26,171 bases of DNA from a virus. Its lineage: Duplodnaviria; Caudoviricetes. The DNA lies in IMG/VR virus record IMGVR_UViG_3300030376_002463, positions 1 to 26,171 of that record, one strand, 5' to 3'. Under the pieces are notes generated by a model. It worked only from the letters and a program-made list of their open reading frames with translations. It was not told the origin of the DNA and searched no databases. Position numbers and translations under genes: made by a program. Positions 25,886-26,171 of this stretch are shown piece by piece (the stretch's first letter is position 1; each line of letters starts with the position of its first letter).

Positions 25886-26159
25886 ACCATTACCAAATAG
25901 TGTTACTATAGCTAAGAGTAATATAGAGGGGTTAGGGTTGATAGCTAAACAAGAGATAAAGGCAGGTACGTGTTTAGGAAGAACTCACCATAGAGTAGAC
26001 GATATAGTTATCAGAGTACCGTTAGGTGGTTTTATTAATCATAGTAATAGACCAAATTGTTTTATAAGTAATACATATAGTCTATGGACCATAAGAGATA
26101 TAAAGCCAAGAGAGGAATTGACGGTATATTATAGGTTATTTAATAAGGTAGTGAAATAA
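25857..26159 (+). CDS. Minimal SET-domain lysine methyltransferase
   Basis: SNIEGLGLIA...GFINHSNRPNC...RDIKPREELTVYY (GxG, NHS..PN, EELT.xY). Confidence 0.85.
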   Translation: MEKTKYPTYRPLPNSVTIAKSNIEGLGLIAKQEIKAGTCLGRTHHRVDDIVIRVPLGGFINHSNRPNCFISNTYSLWTIRDIKPREELTVYYRLFNKVVK

Positions 26160-26171
26160 TAGGGAGATGAA

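Noticed and set aside
1-26171. Stop-codon reassignment
   Set aside because: Standard-code ORFs tile the window densely, and TAG/TGA stops abut the next gene's start.

Overview
AT-rich window from the structural/morphogenesis region of a tailed dsDNA phage, probably a siphovirus of a Bacteroidota (Flavobacteria-like) host. The host call is inferred from the lack of Shine-Dalgarno sites and from TTG-N19/20-TAnnTT promoters. Plus-strand order: terminase C-terminus, tail chaperone with a -1 frameshift site, tail completion genes, a 1780-aa tail protein with ten Cys-bounded domains joined by Pro-rich linkers, tape measure, XkdF-like prohead protease and a holin-like gene. A minus-strand cassette follows (double 2OG-Fe(II)/prolyl 4-hydroxylase, POFUT-like glycosyltransferase, AspH-like hydroxylase), then a GIY-YIG nuclease, scaffold, major capsid, tail tube, portal, adaptor, SASHA-repeat fibre, LamG protein, sigma-like factor, small ORFs and a SET-domain protein. 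The leading hypothesis is a phage-encoded, eukaryote-like hydroxylation plus O-glycosylation system acting on the phage's own extensin-like tail protein and on [S/T]-G-S-rich virion proteins. Two candidate small RNAs are complementary to translation-start regions. All family assignments come from motifs recognised by eye; no searches were run.
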